Assembly (NCBI GenBank): GCA_018902845.1
Contig: JAHIPV010000013.1
Location: 18,766-82,765, forward strand
DNA: 64,000 nt
Origin: Patescibacteria group bacterium
GTDB taxonomy: Bacteria; Patescibacteriota; Microgenomatia; UBA12405
Direction of reading: 5' to 3'
Shown one piece after another: positions 55,502 to 64,000 of this stretch (its first letter is position 1; the number at the start of each line of letters is the position of its first letter). The notes below the pieces were generated by a model. That model made no database searches. It was given only the letters and a program-made list of their open reading frames with translations, and had not been told where the DNA came from. The translations under genes and the position numbers were made by a program.

Positions 55502-57287
55502 AATTACCCTTTTTATGCTTAACCAATCTCACAAAGTCGATTAATTTCATCATTACTGATCTTGTTCGCAAACCGGCATTAAAGACAATTTTTTCGTTCT
55601 TCAAAAAGTTTTTATCCACATATACGGGCACATTAAACAAATTTCCAAACGGTGGTACAGCCCCAATTTTTACACCACTAATCTCTCCCACTTCATTTTC
55701 ACTCGCCATCCTTAAATTTTTGATCCCAAACAATTTTTTAAAAATAGTACTATCTAATTTTTCGGCTGCCGACAATACCACTAATATAGCTTTCTCGTCA
55801 GCAAACATCAGCAACGCTTTAGCACCCTGTTCTAGCTTTGTTCCTCTAGCATCCGCCGCCTCTTGTGATGTTCTTACTTCCTCATGTTTAATTTCTTCAA
55901 ACTCAACTTCTTCTTTTTTTAATAATTCAATCAAATTATCATACAAGTTTTTTTTCTTTTTTTTACGTAAATTTGATAATCTGATATCTATTCTTTCCAT
56001 GTCCCGTGGATAAAGAGTTGCTTGTCTGATATTGTCCAAGCCCAAAATATTTTGCGTAATTCTTTCTAGCCCTATACAAAATCCACCCTCTGGTGGCATA
56101 CCATATTTAAAAGCCTGTAAATAGGGGATTTCAAAATCCTTTGGATCAGCCCCCATCTTTTTAATATTCTTCACCAGTACGTCGTATTGGTGTATTCTCT
56201 GTCCTCCTGTGATCCATTCCACTCCACACCCAATCAAGTCAAAGCTTAAAGTTTCTTTGGGATTTTTAGGATTTTGATATGTATACCATGGTCTTTTTTT
56301 GGTGGGAAAATGGCTTATAAACACCATATCGCTTCCATGTTCTTCTTTAGACCATTTACAAATTCCCCTTTCTCCTTCAGGATCCATGTCCGGCTCACCT
56401 CTGATATCTCGCTTGGTTCTTTCAAAAATTATTTCTTGTGCTTCTGATAATTTTATAACCGGTGTTTTTTTGCAAGTTTCAGGAATTGTCATTCCATATT
56501 CTTCCAAAATATCGGCATGTTCTTGTTTTATTTTATTAAAAATCGCCTTAACCAGATTATCGGCCATTTCAACCACATCAAGCCAGCTGTCTATAAATCC
56601 AAACTCAACATCCAGGCCAACATATTCAGTCAAATGTCTGGTTGTTACACTTGGCTCAGCTCTGTAAGCGTGCGACAGAGTAAAAACCCTTTCAAAAATA
56701 GACACCATAATTTGTTTATAAAACTGCGGACTTTGAGCCATAAATGCTTTTTGGTCAAAATAATCAACAGCAAAAACCTGCGATCCGCCTTCTGTGGCGG
56801 TTGCTACAATAGTTGGCGCCTGAAATTCAACAAAATCATTTTTGTTCATGTATTCCCGAAAAGCCTTTACTATAGTTGCCTGTACTCTAAAAATATCAGC
56901 GGTTTTTTTATTTCTCAAAGACGCGTTTCTGTAATCAAGCATAACCGGTAGTGATACGTCCAGTTTGGGTTTATAAATGTCAAAAGGTAATTCGCCACTT
57001 TCAGACAAAACTTTAATTTTTTCCACTTCTATTTCTATTTTTCCGGTTGCTATTTTTTCATTAAAATTTTTCTCTTGTCTGTTTCTGACAGTTCCTGTGA
57101 TTTCCACTACATTTTCTCCATGCAATTTCCCCAGATCCTTACTACCAACCAATTGAATATAGCCCGACCTGTCTCTCAAATCGGCAAAAGATAATTTACC
57201 GTAACTTCTCACACTATTTATCCACCCACAAAGTCTCACTTTTTCCCCAACACACCCCAAAGTTTTAGATATAACCGTCCTCTTCAT
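55485..57287 (-). CDS. aspS: Aspartyl-tRNA synthetase (archaeal/AspRS2-like class IIb) fused to a C-terminal YbaK/ProX-type aminoacyl-tRNA deacylase domain
   Basis: N-terminal OB anticodon domain, class II motifs (FRAEPS.., GGQRIHQYDVL, YLQAFKYGMPPEGGFCIGLER, LYPRDMERI), then about 135 aa ..TSQEAADARGTKLEQGAKALLMFADEKAILVVLSAAEKLD..LRMASENEV.EISGVKIGAVPPFG matching the YbaK deacylase fold. Confidence 0.8.
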   Translation of the reverse strand: MKRTVISKTLGCVGEKVRLCGWINSVRSYGKLSFADLRDRSGYIQLVGSKDLGKLHGENVVEITGTVRNRQEKNFNEKIATGKIEIEVEKIKVLSESGELPFDIYKPKLDVSLPVMLDYRNASLRNKKTADIFRVQATIVKAFREYMNKNDFVEFQAPTIVATATEGGSQVFAVDYFDQKAFMAQSPQFYKQIMVSIFERVFTLSHAYRAEPSVTTRHLTEYVGLDVEFGFIDSWLDVVEMADNLVKAIFNKIKQEHADILEEYGMTIPETCKKTPVIKLSEAQEIIFERTKRDIRGEPDMDPEGERGICKWSKEEHGSDMVFISHFPTKKRPWYTYQNPKNPKETLSFDLIGCGVEWITGGQRIHQYDVLVKNIKKMGADPKDFEIPYLQAFKYGMPPEGGFCIGLERITQNILGLDNIRQATLYPRDMERIDIRLSNLRKKKKKNLYDNLIELLKKEEVEFEEIKHEEVRTSQEAADARGTKLEQGAKALLMFADEKAILVVLSAAEKLDSTIFKKLFGIKNLRMASENEVGEISGVKIGAVPPFGNLFNVPVYVDKNFLKNEKIVFNAGLRTRSVMMKLIDFVRLVKHKKGNYAKKA

Positions 57288-57447
57288 TTCTTCCTAGTCT
57301 ACCACAGCCACGCTCGATTTCAGACACCAACTTATTGCCCGACTCTCACCCTTGTATGTCCAGATCGTCTATCTATCAACAATGGCAAATGTCGTATTCT
57401 CTTATCCAAAACATTTTTAAAAAACATCAAAAAACCTCTCAAAATCA

Positions 57448-57810
57448 TTATCGTGCATACGGATTTTGCTTTCGTGCAGTACCTCTTTTCACTCTGACAC
57501 GCTCTCTTTTTCTAGTAAAGTATTCCACATTATCACCAACGCTACTTCTTTGGACTATTTTTTTATAGCTCTTAGCTAACAAGATGGCCCCTCTTCTTCC
57601 GGTAAACTCAGTTGGATTAGTTTCTATTGCAACCCTTGTCATTGTGGGAGATCCAAGTTCGGCATGATACTCTGTCTTCAATCTAACATCTGCTTCTGCC
57701 CAATCGTTCATTCCATGTCTTGCCATTAATTTATCGCGAACAGGAAATCCCGTCTCCGTTCTAACTCTCGATACTCTATCTCGTCCTAATTTGTAATCAT
57801 TTCTAAACAT
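57448..57810 (-). CDS. Small basic hypothetical protein (120 aa), GC-richer than surroundings, leaderless-type promoter
   Basis: Start MFRNDYKLGRD.. 8 nt downstream of an extended -10 TGcTATAAT (minus strand; + coords 57819-57827) with TTGACT -35 (57840-57845). No family recognised. Confidence 0.45.
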   Translation of the reverse strand: MFRNDYKLGRDRVSRVRTETGFPVRDKLMARHGMNDWAEADVRLKTEYHAELGSPTMTRVAIETNPTEFTGRRGAILLAKSYKKIVQRSSVGDNVEYFTRKRERVRVKRGTARKQNPYAR

Positions 57811-57818
57811 AACCCACA

Positions 57819-57845
57819 TTATAGCACACAAGTTGATAAAGTCAA
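57819..57845 (-). promoter_or_regulatory. Promoter TTGACT-N15-TGcTATAAT for the 57810 gene
   Basis: See previous feature. Confidence 0.5.
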
Positions 57846-57908
57846 TTCTTTACATAGGTCACAGACATTTTCAACATTCGGTCTTGTTCTGTTATTAATA
57901 ATTGACGT

Positions 57909-59537
57909 TTAGTGATTAGTATTTATCTCTCTTACCATCAACTGCGGTTTTTGTTTTCCTCCCCAACTATTTATTTCCATCCCAGCTACAATATCAACAC
58001 AGGCTCCGGTTTTTAATTGCTCAAACAAATATCCTTTTTTAAAAGCAATGGCATCAACAAAATTATCACCCAGCACCAATTTCAAATGACTTTTATCACC
58101 ACCCACCAGTCTTTTTTGAGCCACTTTTACATTTTTAAACCAAAACATAGGTTCTTGATTTTCCATTCCAAAAGGCAATAATTTTTCAATAGCTTTACAA
58201 TTAGAAAGCTTTACAGCCCCCATTTCCATTTCTGCTTCAACTTCAATAGCCTTTTCAATTTTCTTTTTTCCCAATTTTTTGTTAATAATTTTAATAATTT
58301 TTTTTCTAAATTCTTCAATATTTTTAGTCTCAATACTAAAACCAGCCGCGCCCTTGTGTCCCCCCACATCTATCAAAAGTTTGTCAGTTTCCCTCAAAGT
58401 CTTAATGATATCCAGCTCCTTTATCGATCTACATGATCCTTTGGAAATTTTTTTACTCTCACTTATAACAATTGCCGGCAAGCCATATTTTTCAGTCAAA
58501 TTACCGGCAATCAGTCCAATCACGCCTTCGTGATATTTCTTGTCAGAGATAAAAATAACTCGATCTTTATTCAATTCACACCCTTTCTTTGCCATTTCAA
58601 AAGATTTTTTTTGTAGTTTTTGCCGTTCTATGTTTAATTGATTTAATTTATCAGCGTATTTATCCAGCAAATTTCCATTCAGGCATAATAATCTCAAGGC
58701 ATCGGTTGCATCTCCCAGTCTGCCTACTGCATTAATTCTTGGTCCAATAACAAAACCAAGGTGATAACTGGACAAATCCTCAATTTTTACTCCTGCTGTT
58801 TTTATCAATTTTTTAATACCCAAATTAGGATTTTCTCGCAAATATTTGATTCCCCAATAAACTATATTTCTATTTATCCCCAAGAGTGGTACACAATCAG
58901 CCACCGCCCCCAAAGCCGCTAAACCCAAATCGGCTTTTTTACTGAATTCTTTTGCCAAAAGCCAAGATAAAACACTAGCCGAAGTTCCGGTCGAGTGAAT
59001 TATCCCACTTACTTTTAATTTATTTTCGTCTTTTTGGTGATGATCAATTATCACCACATCTACATCTCTTTTTTTGATTCTTTTAATTTCTTTATTGGCA
59101 ACTATTCCATTGTCCACCGTAACAAGCAAAGAAAATTTAATATTCTTTGCCTTTTCAAACTCTATAAAACTTTTATACTTGATTCCATACCCATCTTTTT
59201 CCCGATCGGGAATAAAAGGCAAAACCTTGCCCCCCTTTTCATTTAATGCCATCCACAAAATCGCCGTTGATGTAATTCCATCCACATCATAATCGCCATA
59301 AATCAAGATATTTTCTTTATTTTCAACTGCCTTTTTAATTCTTTTTACACTTTTTTCAAATCCATTTTTACCGACACCAAATTCTTTCAGATTTAATTTA
59401 TCGGGATTTTCAGGTTTCAAAAATCCCTCAACTTCCTCTTTTTTTACTCCTCTATTCTTCAACAAAATTCCCAGCAACTCTCCTGCACTAGTCTTATCCG
59501 TTACCAATAATTTACTTTTTCTTACTATACTTGCCAC
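57909..59537 (-). CDS. recJ: Single-stranded-DNA-specific exonuclease RecJ (DHH/DHHA1)
   Basis: YGDYDVDGITSTAIL (DHH motif I), VVIIDHH, GGHKGAAGF (DHHA1). Confidence 0.88.
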   Translation of the reverse strand: MASIVRKSKLLVTDKTSAGELLGILLKNRGVKKEEVEGFLKPENPDKLNLKEFGVGKNGFEKSVKRIKKAVENKENILIYGDYDVDGITSTAILWMALNEKGGKVLPFIPDREKDGYGIKYKSFIEFEKAKNIKFSLLVTVDNGIVANKEIKRIKKRDVDVVIIDHHQKDENKLKVSGIIHSTGTSASVLSWLLAKEFSKKADLGLAALGAVADCVPLLGINRNIVYWGIKYLRENPNLGIKKLIKTAGVKIEDLSSYHLGFVIGPRINAVGRLGDATDALRLLCLNGNLLDKYADKLNQLNIERQKLQKKSFEMAKKGCELNKDRVIFISDKKYHEGVIGLIAGNLTEKYGLPAIVISESKKISKGSCRSIKELDIIKTLRETDKLLIDVGGHKGAAGFSIETKNIEEFRKKIIKIINKKLGKKKIEKAIEVEAEMEMGAVKLSNCKAIEKLLPFGMENQEPMFWFKNVKVAQKRLVGGDKSHLKLVLGDNFVDAIAFKKGYLFEQLKTGACVDIVAGMEINSWGGKQKPQLMVREINTNH

Positions 59538-59612
59538 TTACTCATTCTATCAACTTATGATTTTAAAATGTTTGTCAGTAATGACAATATTAAATAATTT
59601 TGGGTTTAATTT

Positions 59613-59643
59613 GGAAATTTAGATTTTTGATTTCAGATTTATC
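59613..59643. repeat. Dispersed repeat family B copy 4 in the recJ / RRM-gene divergent spacer
   Basis: ggaaatttagatttttgatttcagatttatc. Confidence 0.6.
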
Positions 59644-59819
59644 TTCTCATTGCTTTTCCTTTTCGTTCTGTTATACTTAACCCCAGAACTCAGATACATA
59701 GTTATTTTAACTGGGTTCTGTTATAAGGATTCATTTTTAAACTGTAGTATCAAGAAATTTCCTTTTTTGTTTCTCTGTTATTTTGCGTCCTTAATTTATA
59801 AGTTCAAAAGTAAAAAAAA

Positions 59820-60287
59820 ATGGCAAAAAATCTTTTTGTAGGTAATATTTCTTACCAAAGCACAGACGACTCATTGGCTCAAGCCTTTAGTCAATACGGA
59901 ACAGTAGTTTCCGCAAAAATTATTAAAGACAAGTTCTCCGGCAGAAGCCGAGGTTTCGGTTTTATCGAAATGGGAACAGAAGAAGAGGCACAAGCCGCTA
60001 TTCAAGGTCTAAACGATCAACCACTAGATGGCCGAAATATCACAGTTCGGGAAGCTCATCCCAGATCTTCAGATTCAGGATCAGGACAATCTTATTCGCC
60101 TCCTCAGTCTTCTAGCTCCGATCCTTTTGGCGGATCATCGGCTCAAAGCGATGATTCATCTGATGATCAGCAACAGGCTGATGATGTAGTTTTCGAAGAA
60201 ACTCCTCCAGTTGAGGAACCAGAAGTAGAAGCTATTCCAGAAGTTGAAGAAACAGCAGAAGTTGAAAAACCGGCTAAAAAAGCTTAA
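59820..60287 (+). CDS. RNA-binding protein with one RRM domain and acidic/Ser-rich C-terminal tail
   Basis: RNP-2 LFVGNIS, RNP-1 RGFGFIEM. Confidence 0.85.
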   Translation: MAKNLFVGNISYQSTDDSLAQAFSQYGTVVSAKIIKDKFSGRSRGFGFIEMGTEEEAQAAIQGLNDQPLDGRNITVREAHPRSSDSGSGQSYSPPQSSSSDPFGGSSAQSDDSSDDQQQADDVVFEETPPVEEPEVEAIPEVEETAEVEKPAKKA

Positions 60288-60363
60288 AAATTCTTTTCTG
60301 TAAATTTAAACACCCCGATTCATCGGGGTGTTTTTGTTGGCCTAAATAAGCTAAAATCAAATC

Positions 60364-61725
60364 ATGTTTCCTATCAAAAAAATACCAGTCAAGGTAATCA
60401 ATCTTGTCAAAAAGTTTGTTGACAATAATGCCGAAATTTACATTGTCGGCGGTTCTGTTCGTGATCTTTTTTTAAAACGATCAGTCAAAGACTGGGATTT
60501 TACCACCAATCTTACACCCAATCAAATGAAAAAACTTTTTCCCAAAAACAGTTTTTACAATAACCAATTTGGCACTTTCAGCATTGTTGGCAAAAACAAA
60601 GAAGTTTTTGAAGTAACTACTTACAGAAGCGAACAGTCTTACTCAGACTCCCGCCACCCCGACAAAGTTAAATGGGGAAAATCAATAAAACAGGATCTAA
60701 AAAGACGCGATTTTACCATTAACGCTATTGCTTTAAATTTAAATTTTAATAAATTAGGCAAAGTTATCGATTTTGAAGTTATCGATCCCTACAACGGCCA
60801 AAAAGATTTAGGAGATAAGTTAATCAGAACTGTCGGCAATCCGGACAACAGATTTTCAGAAGATGCTCTAAGGCTCATGCGTGCTATCAGAATCTGTTGT
60901 CAAATAGGCTTTTTATTAGAAGAAAAAACCTTTTCCTCAATTCAAAAAAAATCAAAACTGTTAAAAAAAATCGCTGTCGAAAGAATCCGCGACGAATTTT
61001 TCAAAGTTCTTGTATCAGATCACCCCGCCGATGGTATCAGATTATTAAAAAACTCTAAATTATTAAATATTATTATTCCTGAATTACTGGAAGGAATTGA
61101 TTTTGAACAAAAGGGCCACCATATTTATAGCGTTTGGGAACATAATCTAAGGACCCTACAAAACTGCCAAAGCAAAGACCCGGTCACCAGGTTAGCCGCC
61201 CTCTTGCACGACGTAGCCAAGCCAAAAACAGCTCACGGGGTAGGGCAGGCTCGCACTTTTCACAATCACGAAGTAGTTGGCTCTCGTATGGCCGTCAAAA
61301 TCGGCCAAAGGCTTCGTTTGTCAAACAGTCAACTAGACCAGCTTTTTAGGCTGACTCGCTGGCACATGTTTACTTGCGAAACCAAACAAACAGACAAAGC
61401 AGTCAGAAGATTTATAAGGAATGTGACACCGCAATATTTAGACGAAATGATAGCTCTTCGTCGGGGTGATCGGATTGGTTCCGGTGCCAAAGAAAGCTCT
61501 TGGCGCTGGGAATTATTTAAAAAACGTTTAATCGAAGTTCAAAAACAGCCTTTCAGAGTCATCGATCTAAAAATTAACGGCAATGATGTTATGAAGATTC
61601 TAAATATCAAACCTGGTCCTCAAATCGGTAAAATCCTAAATGCTATATTTAAACAAGTCGACCAAGATCCAAAACTGAACCAAAGAAAAATTTTATTAAA
61701 AAAAATAGGGGAATACGCCACCTGA
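60364..61725 (+). CDS. cca: tRNA nucleotidyltransferase (CCA-adding enzyme) with HD domain
   Basis: IYIVGGSVRDLFL..DWDF head motif, RDFTINA, HD-domain His/Asp cluster (HDVAKP.., HNHE). Confidence 0.85.
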   Translation: MFPIKKIPVKVINLVKKFVDNNAEIYIVGGSVRDLFLKRSVKDWDFTTNLTPNQMKKLFPKNSFYNNQFGTFSIVGKNKEVFEVTTYRSEQSYSDSRHPDKVKWGKSIKQDLKRRDFTINAIALNLNFNKLGKVIDFEVIDPYNGQKDLGDKLIRTVGNPDNRFSEDALRLMRAIRICCQIGFLLEEKTFSSIQKKSKLLKKIAVERIRDEFFKVLVSDHPADGIRLLKNSKLLNIIIPELLEGIDFEQKGHHIYSVWEHNLRTLQNCQSKDPVTRLAALLHDVAKPKTAHGVGQARTFHNHEVVGSRMAVKIGQRLRLSNSQLDQLFRLTRWHMFTCETKQTDKAVRRFIRNVTPQYLDEMIALRRGDRIGSGAKESSWRWELFKKRLIEVQKQPFRVIDLKINGNDVMKILNIKPGPQIGKILNAIFKQVDQDPKLNQRKILLKKIGEYAT

Positions 61726-61739
61726 CTTGTAGGGGCGAC

Positions 61740-61780
61740 CCTTGCGATCGCCCGCAAAATATAAAAATGTCAAACAACAA
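61740..61780. repeat. Repeat family C copy 3, overlapping the ABC-transporter start codon
   Basis: tgtaggggcgacccttgcgatcgcccgcaaaatataaaaatg. Its 5' half matches 49810-49844 and its 3' half (caaaaatataaaaatg) matches 49962-49977, both inside rplQ. Confidence 0.7.
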
Positions 61781-63563
61781 CAACAATCAAAAAAACAAAG
61801 ATTTTTTAAAAGCTATTTTTTGGATCTCCAAACTTGTTTACGGTCTTATTCCATACCTGCTTTTGACTTTGTTTGTCATGGAAATATTAACATCCATTTT
61901 CCCTTTTATAAGACAAAGACTTTTTTCACAATTAATTGACGATGTTATTGCTTTAAGCCAAAATAAAAATAATTTTTTAATAAAAACATTTTTAGCATTA
62001 TTTGTTGTCAGGATTACAATTTCTATAGTCAGTCGTCTCCAAACAATGTTTTATCAAACATTGGGAACTAAGCTCAGACATGAATTAAACAAACTTTTTC
62101 TAAAAAGAGTTTCAAACCTTGATTATCAGCATTTCGAAAACAAAGACTCAGCCAATTTAATAGCCAAAGTAAGTGAAGAATACAAATGGCGTATGCAAGA
62201 AGTCATAATCAACATACTTCGTTTAACAAGCCAAACTATCAGCCTGATTGCTATTTTTATTATTTTAGTTCCTCACTATTGGTTTTTGGTTTTGGTTCTT
62301 TTTGTTACCGAAATACCGGCCTATTTTATTAATCAAAAATGGCAAAAAATAGATTGGAAATTTTTTAATGACAATATAGAAAAAACTAGAAGTGGTTGGG
62401 ATATAGCCTGGCAATTAACAGAAAAAAGGTTTATCTCAGAACTAAAAATATCAAATTCTGTTAATTTTCTTCTAAATAAATTTAATCAAATTTTTGACAA
62501 ATTTATCATTGGCAGAATAAAAATCAAACAAAACAAAAACACATCTCAAATCCCCCTCATTTTTATCTCAAACTTGTCTGTTGCCTTTTGTATTTGGGTT
62601 TTACTAAAAGATATTCGATCCGGAAGCATTACCATAGGGCTTTTAACTTTTTATTACAACGCCGTTGGCCAAGTTGGTCAGAATTTTTCTGGCTTACTAA
62701 GAAGTTTTATTGATATTTCAGAACAAATTCCCTATGTTTTGGATTTCAAAAAAATAATAGAACTGCCCCATATTGTCAAAAATGGACAAAAGAAAACTGG
62801 CTTAAAAAAAACTCCCTTAATAGAATTTAAAAATATATCTTTTAAATATCCAAATTCAGACGACTACATTTTCAAAAATTTAAATCTAACCATAAAAGCA
62901 AACGAGGAAATTGCCATAGTCGGTATCAATGGCGCCGGCAAAAGCACGCTAATAAAACTCTTGTGTCGTTTTTATGATCCTCAATCGGGGCAAATTTTAC
63001 TAAATGGTATTGACATAAAAAAATTCGACCTAAGTTATTGGTACAAACAACTTTCCGTCCTCTTTCAGGAATTTAATATCTATCAAAACCTGACCCTGAA
63101 AGACAATATAATAATAGGCAAACCAAATTCTATAATTACCAGGCAAAAAATCATTTCTTCACTCAAAAAATCAGAAGCCTATAATTTTATCAAGGAATAC
63201 AAAAATGGTTTAAATACCATGATGGGTCAGCGCTATGGAGGCAAAGAACCGAGTTGGGGTCAATGGCAAAAAATAGCTATTGCCAGGATTTTTTATTCTG
63301 ATACACCGGTTCTTGTTCTTGACGAACCAACCGCTTCTATAGATGCTACCTCGGAACACAAAATTTTTGATCGTCTTTACAAACAGACAAAAAACAAAAC
63401 TCTCATAATAGTTTCTCATCGCTTTTCCACTGTCAGAAACGCCCAAAGAATAATCGTTATAGACAAAGGTAAAATAATGGAGCAGGGGACTCACAAAGAA
63501 TTAATAAAACTAAAAGGACTCTACGCCAAATCTTTCAAACTCCAAGCCCAAGGCTACAATTAA
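61767..63563 (+). CDS. ABC transporter, fused permease/ATPase (exporter type) with degenerate signature motif
   Basis: 6 TM region, Walker A GINGAGKST, Walker B LVLDEPTASID, H-loop SHR. Signature LSGGQ replaced by PSWGQWQKIAIAR. Confidence 0.85.
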   Translation: MSNNNNNQKNKDFLKAIFWISKLVYGLIPYLLLTLFVMEILTSIFPFIRQRLFSQLIDDVIALSQNKNNFLIKTFLALFVVRITISIVSRLQTMFYQTLGTKLRHELNKLFLKRVSNLDYQHFENKDSANLIAKVSEEYKWRMQEVIINILRLTSQTISLIAIFIILVPHYWFLVLVLFVTEIPAYFINQKWQKIDWKFFNDNIEKTRSGWDIAWQLTEKRFISELKISNSVNFLLNKFNQIFDKFIIGRIKIKQNKNTSQIPLIFISNLSVAFCIWVLLKDIRSGSITIGLLTFYYNAVGQVGQNFSGLLRSFIDISEQIPYVLDFKKIIELPHIVKNGQKKTGLKKTPLIEFKNISFKYPNSDDYIFKNLNLTIKANEEIAIVGINGAGKSTLIKLLCRFYDPQSGQILLNGIDIKKFDLSYWYKQLSVLFQEFNIYQNLTLKDNIIIGKPNSIITRQKIISSLKKSEAYNFIKEYKNGLNTMMGQRYGGKEPSWGQWQKIAIARIFYSDTPVLVLDEPTASIDATSEHKIFDRLYKQTKNKTLIIVSHRFSTVRNAQRIIVIDKGKIMEQGTHKELIKLKGLYAKSFKLQAQGYN

Positions 63564-64000
63564 CTTTTCCTCTTAAACAACAACACCAACGGCACGGCTA
63601 CTCCCATAGACGAATAAGTTCCACTAACAGCTCCAATCAGCAACGCTACCGCAAACCATCGAGTGCTTTCCCCTCCCAGCAGAGCCAACGAAACCAGCAT
63701 TATTATTATAGTCACTGAATTATTTATCGATCTTACCAATGTTTCAGATACTGCTCTGTTGGCCAAATCTACCCAACTACTTTTATAATCACTCCTTCTA
63801 AGTTCTCTGACTCTGTCAAAAGTAACTACCGTATCATGAACCGAAGCCGACAAAGTCGTCAAAACCGCCGTTACAAACAAAGCATCCAATTCCGCTCCAA
63901 AAAAATGCCCCAAAACAGAAAATCCTCCCACCAGTATCACCGTATCATGTAACATGGCCAATATCGCCGCCATGCCAAACCCCCAATCACCAAATCTTTT
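63560..64000 (-). CDS. secF: Protein-export membrane protein SecF (or SecDF) C-terminal part, 5' end beyond window
   Basis: ..TTLSASVHDTVVTFDRVRE.., ..LIGAVSGTYSSMGVAVPLVL typical of the SecF C-terminus. Confidence 0.7.
   Translation of the reverse strand, partial: KRFGDWGFGMAAILAMLHDTVILVGGFSVLGHFFGAELDALFVTAVLTTLSASVHDTVVTFDRVRELRRSDYKSSWVDLANRAVSETLVRSINNSVTIIIMLVSLALLGGESTRWFAVALLIGAVSGTYSSMGVAVPLVLLFKRKS

Noticed and set aside
1-64000. CRISPR arrays, rRNA, tRNA
   Set aside because: No run of regularly spaced identical 25-40 bp repeats with unique spacers. No GGTTCGAAT-type T-arm with a cloverleaf context in any intergenic spacer examined. No rRNA-like conserved blocks. All spacers longer than 50 bp are accounted for by promoters or repeat elements.

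Overview
This window is a gene-dense, low-GC (roughly one third G+C) bacterial chromosome segment dominated by core information-processing genes. Very compact genes, absence of uL30 between rpsE and rplO, trimmed aaRS/enzymes and frequent leaderless gene starts are consistent with a reduced-genome Patescibacteria/CPR-like organism.

Gene content, in order:
- rpsO-pnp, a Lon-type AAA+ ATPase lacking the protease domain, a family-4 UDG and RNase J.
- A DinJ/RelB-YafQ/RelE toxin-antitoxin pair, then proS, ftsK and a RodZ-like/DUF948/YtxH trio.
- alaS, a 3.2 kb insertion (small antisense gene, a 684-aa membrane protein, a sortase), then ruvX, a small zinc-ribbon gene and mltG.
- A convergent MiaB-like methylthiotransferase and a Cys-rich membrane protein.
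- rpoB-rpoC-rpsL-rpsG, interrupted by a membrane protein with a LytR_C domain and a divergent FAD oxidoreductase.
- fusA-tuf and an almost complete S10-spc-alpha ribosomal supercluster (rpsJ through rpsI, with secY, adk, infA, rpmJ, rpoA).
- uppP, gltX, a hypothetical membrane protein, a D-Ala-D-Ala carboxypeptidase, an AspRS with a C-terminal YbaK-type deacylase domain, recJ, an RRM protein, the CCA-adding enzyme, an ABC exporter and a partial secF.

No rRNA, tRNA or CRISPR array was recognisable by eye.

The most unusual features:
1. Three families of short dispersed repeats, two of which have been built in-frame into the 3' ends of rplM and rplQ.
2. Three slightly GC-richer small genes, each carrying a near-consensus sigma70 promoter positioned for a leaderless transcript.
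3. An orphan Lon-type ATPase.
4. An AspRS-YbaK fusion.
5. Insertions that break the otherwise conserved alaS-ruvX-mltG and rpsL-rpsG-fusA-tuf neighbourhoods.
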